A stretch of DNA of 64,000 nucleotides, from IMG/VR virus record IMGVR_UViG_3300025913_000026, positions 20,698 to 84,697 of that record. One strand, given 5' to 3'. Below are positions 59,442-64,000 of the stretch, piece after piece (the first letter of the stretch is position 1; each line of letters starts with the position of its first letter). The DNA comes from a virus. A program made the translations under genes and the position numbers. The notes under the pieces are model-generated. The model worked only from the letters and a program-made list of their open reading frames with translations. It was not told the origin of the DNA and did not search any database.

Positions 59442-59694
59442 ATGTCAGAAGTTCCTCAGAAGGATACGAGAGAATTAACATTTGGCGAAAAAGCCGTAGG
59501 CTTAACTTTCAATCCAGGTGGTCATGAAAAGGTGAATGCTATCAAGCAGGCTCAGGCTATGTATATTGATATGCTTAATCAGTTTTCGTGATGAAACGAC
59601 TAATGGTGAAGTAAAACGCCAACTCTCCGTGGCTATTACAGAAGCACAAACAAGTCAAATGTGGGCTGTAAAAGCCGTGACTTGGCAATACTAA
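59442..59694 (+). CDS. Acb2/Tad1-like helical-hairpin protein, 1-nt frameshift in T4 at about 59583
   Basis: Corrected: MSEVPQKDTRELTFGEKAVGLTFNPGG..IDMLNQFRDETTNGEVKRQLSVAITEAQTSQMWAVKAVTWQY. Confidence 0.6.
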
Positions 59695-59799
59695 CCCAAC
59701 CAATATTTAATAACCAAGCCCCTTATAAGTAGTTCATAAATTAAAACCAGCTCCCTTTATGATATATGGACTATGGAAAGGGGCTTAAATTTTAATTAA

Positions 59800-60033
59800 A
59801 TGGCAAAAACAAAAGAGATATCATTTACTTGTGAAGAAATTACTTCAAAGCCGGATGGATATAGAAAAATGAAATTGATAGTGGATTCGCCAGATATAGA
59901 TGAGCTTTTAACCGAAATTGATGATGAAGATTTAATAGGTCATCTTCAAGGTAATTTCAATCCAGAAGATGTATTTACTGAAAAAGATCTCAAAAAATGG
60001 GCTGAAGAAAACGGGTACTTAAAAATACAATAA
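59800..60033 (+). CDS. Hypothetical acidic protein
   Basis: Ends KWAEENGY. Confidence 0.55.
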   Translation: MAKTKEISFTCEEITSKPDGYRKMKLIVDSPDIDELLTEIDDEDLIGHLQGNFNPEDVFTEKDLKKWAEENGYLKIQ

Positions 60034-60041
60034 ATAATTAT

Positions 60042-60299
60042 ATGCAAGGAACAGTAAAATATAGCGAAGAGTTTATGACCATGACAGGTCTAAAGCGCTG
60101 GGTGGGAATTGAACTCCCCTTTGAAGATACAATCCATAGCCCAATTGATAAATTAGAAGAAGCCATGTCTAAAGTACAGTCATTTGCTGCTCGTTCAGGA
60201 ATTATTCATCCTCCTGTTACTAATGCAAATTATGGTTATCCCAATCTTCTAAACCCAGACGAACAACTACCTGTAATTCAAGTAAGAGAACAATACTAA
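60042..60299 (+). CDS. Hypothetical protein
   Basis: ORF in operon. Confidence 0.5.
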   Translation: MQGTVKYSEEFMTMTGLKRWVGIELPFEDTIHSPIDKLEEAMSKVQSFAARSGIIHPPVTNANYGYPNLLNPDEQLPVIQVREQY

Positions 60300-60311
60300 A
60301 ACAATAAATAC

Positions 60312-60500
60312 ATGGAATGGATACCAGTAAGCGAAAGAAATCCAGAACATAGCGGCAAATATTTGACATATGCCTTGGACTATCATAAGGTAGGTCACGC
60401 ATGGTATAACACAAAGTACCGGCTTGGATGGGAAGATGACAAAGAAGAATGGCTTCCCGTGACTCATTGGTGTGAACTTCCTGAACCACCTAAACAATAA
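60312..60500 (+). CDS. DUF551 family protein
   Basis: MEWIPVSERNPE..VTHWCELPEPP. Confidence 0.85.
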   Translation: MEWIPVSERNPEHSGKYLTYALDYHKVGHAWYNTKYRLGWEDDKEEWLPVTHWCELPEPPKQ

Positions 60501-60510
60501 AACAACATAT

Positions 60511-60717
60511 ATGACAGACAGAATAAAAGGGCTTACAGTTATCCTTGAAAAGGATGTTCGAGAAGATGATTTAGAGGTATTCATTCAGGCAATATCGCTT
60601 ATGAAGGGAGTTCAGCAGGTTATTCCCCGAGAAGCCAATCATGAAGATATTATTCAGGAAATGAGAACTAAATCCGACATGAAGTCTAAAATATATGAGT
60701 TTATAAAAAACCTATAA
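60511..60717 (+). CDS. Hypothetical protein (start revised)
   Basis: MTDRIKGLTVILEKDVREDD..AISLMKGV. Confidence 0.6.
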   Translation: MTDRIKGLTVILEKDVREDDLEVFIQAISLMKGVQQVIPREANHEDIIQEMRTKSDMKSKIYEFIKNL

Positions 60718-61008
60718 CAAATGACTAAAGAAACAATCTTAGGCGATAAACGAGCCCGGCCAAAGCATTTGAAGGAATATTACGGGCCATGTTATCAATT
60801 GCAAGAACTGATGAAGAAAACCAAAAACAGGACAAAATAGATTCAATGTGTTAAAGAATGGGACGCAGGCGCAGACTACTTTATGTATACTGGGATAACG
60901 TTTATCAGCGGCAATATTCCACTACAACCTTTCCGGTAATGCAGGATAAACATTCAAAAGGCCGCTACAAAATACTTTGGTGCTGGAAACTAAAATACCC
61001 TTGGAGAA

Positions 61009-61341
61009 ATGATAAATAAAGAGCCTGGAAACGAACATTTATGGAGACAATTCATCCGGCTGGGGGAAATGATGGGAGATGGTTTGCATCATGAGGAGCC
61101 GTGGATTGCAAAGGAATACAAGCGCTTGATGATGATCTTGTGCCCACCAACAGTAGAAGAAAAGGCCGCGATTAGAGAACATAAAAACAAATCCATTAAC
61201 GCTCAAATGGCTGAATTATTGAAGGATAGGCATTGTTCATGTGGTGGCAGTATAAAACAATCAAGATCAGGTAGTAAAACCGCATATTGTGATAGATGTA
61301 GAGCGAAATTTAAAGCAAAACCTAAAAAACAATCAGAATAA
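61009..61341 (+). CDS. Zn-ribbon hypothetical protein
   Basis: LGEMMGDGLHHE..CSCGG..CDRC. Confidence 0.65.
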   Translation: MINKEPGNEHLWRQFIRLGEMMGDGLHHEEPWIAKEYKRLMMILCPPTVEEKAAIREHKNKSINAQMAELLKDRHCSCGGSIKQSRSGSKTAYCDRCRAKFKAKPKKQSE

Positions 61342-61607
61342 ATGGATAAACCAGAAGAACTAATAACAGATGAACAGATAGAGAAGGCCTGGGGGAATGG
61401 GAACTTTGGAGAGTATCTGAATAACAACAAGCGAGAACTAATCAACAATACAGTCCTGAAATGCGCAAGTGGATTAAGGACTGGCGCTACGGCTACAAGC
61501 ATATGTGCAGAACTTGGGCTTACAGTAAGCAAAAAAATAAATGGAAGCTAACTGAGCAAGGCCAGTGGTATTTATATTGCGTTTATTCACAGGGTAAAAG
61601 TTATTAA
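61342..61607 (+). CDS. Hypothetical protein with probable frameshift in A7 at about 61531
   Basis: Alternative frame continues KNKWKLTEQGQWYLYCVYSQGKSY* up to the next gene. Confidence 0.5.
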
Positions 61608-61609
61608 TT

Positions 61610-61876
61610 ATGGACATGCAGGAAATATTAAATAAGTGGTATTTAACGCCAAAATACTTCTCAAATGACCACATTACTGAGCCGTTGGTTTTTGATTGCA
61701 TGGTTGATTATGCGCGACAAACTTCTCTTCATTTCGCTAAATGGGTCAATGAAAACTATCTCTATCACCAAGATGGACTATGGTATAAAAGTGAAATCCC
61801 TGAATGGGGATCCAAAACGGACGAAGAAGTCTGGGCGCTTTATTTAAATAGACATAATAATTCAAATCCTTGGTAA
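61610..61876 (+). CDS. Hypothetical protein
   Basis: ORF in operon. Confidence 0.55.
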   Translation: MDMQEILNKWYLTPKYFSNDHITEPLVFDCMVDYARQTSLHFAKWVNENYLYHQDGLWYKSEIPEWGSKTDEEVWALYLNRHNNSNPW

Positions 61877-61940
61877 ATAACAATTTATATATTGTATTGA
61901 ACATGGGAATAGACTTCAGTAATATAAATCAAAGCATAAA

Positions 61941-62285
61941 ATGAGCAATCACAACAGAAGATTATTGGATAAGATTCGGTATAACCGACAGATGGATCAG
62001 CTTTTATCATTAATACGGAAATCTATTATAGCCTCTGAAAAATATACTATCTATGAAGTAGACATGAGCTATACTAGTTCCTCGTTTTACGAGTTTAGAG
62101 TATACCGACAAGGAGAAACATCTGAAATATTAATGTGGCAAACGGTACAAATAGGCACAGATGAGTTTGACGATCAATTCAAAGCGCTAGATAATGTCCT
62201 TAACAACTTGCTTACTCATGGTGTAATGCCAGACATATACCCAATGTACATTTCTGAAGAAAAGGAGGGTGAAGATGGTCGATAA
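61941..62285 (+). CDS. Hypothetical protein
   Basis: ORF in operon. Confidence 0.5.
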   Translation: MSNHNRRLLDKIRYNRQMDQLLSLIRKSIIASEKYTIYEVDMSYTSSSFYEFRVYRQGETSEILMWQTVQIGTDEFDDQFKALDNVLNNLLTHGVMPDIYPMYISEEKEGEDGR

Positions 62286-63162
62286 AGTGATAAGCTTCGA
62301 TAGTTTCAAGGTTAGGTGTTCCCAGATTGTAGCTGCCTTATCAAATAGCCGGTCAAATCCTATTCTAACAGAGAATCAGGAAGCTAGGATAAAGGAATTG
62401 AACGATAAGCTGCAAGAAAAAGGCAAAATAACCGAAAAACAGCAGGCTGAATTAGCCGAATTACAAGTAAAGGAAGAAAATAGCAAGAAAGTAGTCCTCT
62501 CAGATACCTATATAGCATATCTAATGGCTGAATATGCCTGGATAACCGAAGGCATGATAGCCGTAAACAAGGAATCTATGGAGTTATTGGCTATTCAGAA
62601 GGGCAGAGAAGGCGAAAATGAGGCTGTAACGCTTCTAATGAGAGTTGATAAGCAACCATACCAAATCCACAAAGAAAGGATTTATAACGATTATCTGAGT
62701 GGAGAGATAGATATTTACCTGGGGGAGCATGTTTATGCTGCAACCAATATAACTGACATAAAAAATTCATGGGATTATCCTACGTTTCTAAAGAAGATCA
62801 ATACAGGGCTGGAAAATGGTCAGAAAGAGCAGGTCCAAGGATACTGTGACATTACCGGAGCCGGGGAAGGATATATTGCCAACACTTTAATCAGCAATCC
62901 AGAGCACATTATAGAGGAAATGAGATGGCGTGTGACTAAAAAGATCGGTGCTACCACTCCAGAATCTCCTGAAATGCTAAAAGAATGGCCTAAATGGGAA
63001 CGATCAATGAGGTTCGATCACATTCCACCAAATAAACGTGTGCATAAGATCAAAGTAGAGCCGTTCACGGAGTTTGAGAAACAAAAGCTGTATGATAGGG
63101 TAAAATTTGGCCGGGATTGGTTGAATCAATTCCACGAAAAGTATCAGGTATTGAATAAATAA
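62269..63162 (+). CDS. YqaJ/lambda-exonuclease-like PD-(D/E)xK nuclease
   Basis: FKVRCS..KG.E.E..SGEID..DIKNSWD..QVQGY. Confidence 0.75.
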   Translation: MKMVDKVISFDSFKVRCSQIVAALSNSRSNPILTENQEARIKELNDKLQEKGKITEKQQAELAELQVKEENSKKVVLSDTYIAYLMAEYAWITEGMIAVNKESMELLAIQKGREGENEAVTLLMRVDKQPYQIHKERIYNDYLSGEIDIYLGEHVYAATNITDIKNSWDYPTFLKKINTGLENGQKEQVQGYCDITGAGEGYIANTLISNPEHIIEEMRWRVTKKIGATTPESPEMLKEWPKWERSMRFDHIPPNKRVHKIKVEPFTEFEKQKLYDRVKFGRDWLNQFHEKYQVLNK

Positions 63163-63182
63163 TTAAAATAAGTACTTAAATT

Positions 63183-63374
63183 ATGATAAGTAATGAGCAT
63201 GATGGGAAGAATCCGCAAATCAGTACCACGGTAAGCTGGGGATTGTATCAAGAAATAGATGAAATGGCTAAGAAAAATGACAGAACTTTGTCAAACATGG
63301 CTGCTATTTTATTGGAACGAGCGGTAAAAGAATCTAAAAGAAAGCGCACTAATGCAAAAGAAAATAATACTTGA
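63183..63374 (+). CDS. Ribbon-helix-helix (Arc/CopG-like) protein
   Basis: ISTTV..LYQEIDEMAKKNDRTLSNMAAILLERAV. Confidence 0.7.
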   Translation: MISNEHDGKNPQISTTVSWGLYQEIDEMAKKNDRTLSNMAAILLERAVKESKRKRTNAKENNT

Positions 63375-63810
63375 AATAACCCCGCAGACATATGTTCGGG
63401 CGACGCAGAATGATAGAATATTCTTCAGAATACCAAGAGATAAATTACGCCCAGCCAGTTTGAAAAGACTGGAAAGATTGGAGCAGTATAATAAATATAA
63501 AATAGCTGTATTAGCATTAGCCAAGCAGCAACATTTCATGCTTCCAGAGCAAGGGGCTGAAATAATATTCTATATCCCGGTGTCAAAAAGCTGGAAAAAA
63601 TATCAAAAAGAAGCCCAACATATGAAGCTTCACAGAAATAAGCCGGACTTGTCGAACTTACTAAAGGCCCTGGAAGATGGGCTTATGACCGAAGATAAAG
63701 GGATAGCTCACTATGCAGGACTTGCAAAGATTTGGATCAATGAACCTACGGGGAGAATAGAGATAAATATCCATACTCCAAGTCTTAGTTCCATGGATGT
63801 TTTATCGTAG
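63352..63810 (+). CDS. rusA: RusA-family Holliday junction resolvase
   Basis: FYIPVSKSW..H..KPDLSNLLKALEDGL..D..I...KIW..GRIEI. Confidence 0.8.
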   Translation: MQKKIILEITPQTYVRATQNDRIFFRIPRDKLRPASLKRLERLEQYNKYKIAVLALAKQQHFMLPEQGAEIIFYIPVSKSWKKYQKEAQHMKLHRNKPDLSNLLKALEDGLMTEDKGIAHYAGLAKIWINEPTGRIEINIHTPSLSSMDVLS

Positions 63811-63850
63811 TTTTTCGAAGTGAGTACCGTCATCGGTGAGTATTAGACAC

Positions 63851-64000
63851 TCATATGTAACAAATCAGTTACATTATTGATATAACTAATTGTTAATCAA
63901 AATGTTGATAAAGAAACTTACAAGCAAAGCTTGAAAACTTTATCAACATTTTGATTAACAATTAGTTATATCAATAATGTAACTGATTTGTTACATATGA
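63851..64000. repeat. Perfect inverted repeat of at least 63 bp with a 24-nt imperfect tip, cut by the window edge
   Basis: 63851-63913 is the exact reverse complement of 63938-64000. Confidence 0.95.

Noticed and set aside
60721-61008. Possible gene between 60717 and 61009
   Set aside because: Coding-like but broken into short frames, probably by indels; could not reconstruct it confidently
1-64000. CRISPR array, DGR/reverse transcriptase, integrase, rRNA, introns
   Set aside because: No spaced direct repeats, RT or recombinase motifs, or interrupted core genes found by eye

Overview
AT-rich tailed-phage DNA with a Bacteroidota host. The host call rests on TAnnTTTG -7 promoters, Q-rule signal peptides and a host-type ECF sigma factor. 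The left 27 kb (minus strand) is a podovirus morphogenesis module with crAss-like gene order: terminase, portal, scaffold, major capsid protein, tail rings, muzzle/stabilisation protein, ejection proteins and the start of a tail fibre, interrupted by homing endonucleases. A glycosylation cluster follows at 31-36 kb, then SSB, a frameshifted DnaB and a replication initiator at 37-40 kb, then many small early genes. A complete 3.47-kb IS1595-family cargo transposon (25-bp TIRs, 8-bp TSD) interrupts a small gene, and an IS4 remnant is also present. Most unusual signals: (1) a perfect inverted repeat of at least 63 bp with an imperfect hairpin tip at the window end, next to a RusA-like resolvase, possibly a hairpin telomere or concatemer junction; (2) a structured-RNA cluster with an expanded tRNA-Leu(UAA)-like RNA and a short-arm tRNA-Leu(UAA); (3) a 16-bp palindromic LacI-type operator at late promoters; (4) a shared K/R-V-K-V-K terminal tag on four small proteins, one of them encoded out of frame inside the giant ejection-protein gene. 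All protein calls come from recognising motifs and gene order by eye; no searches were run.
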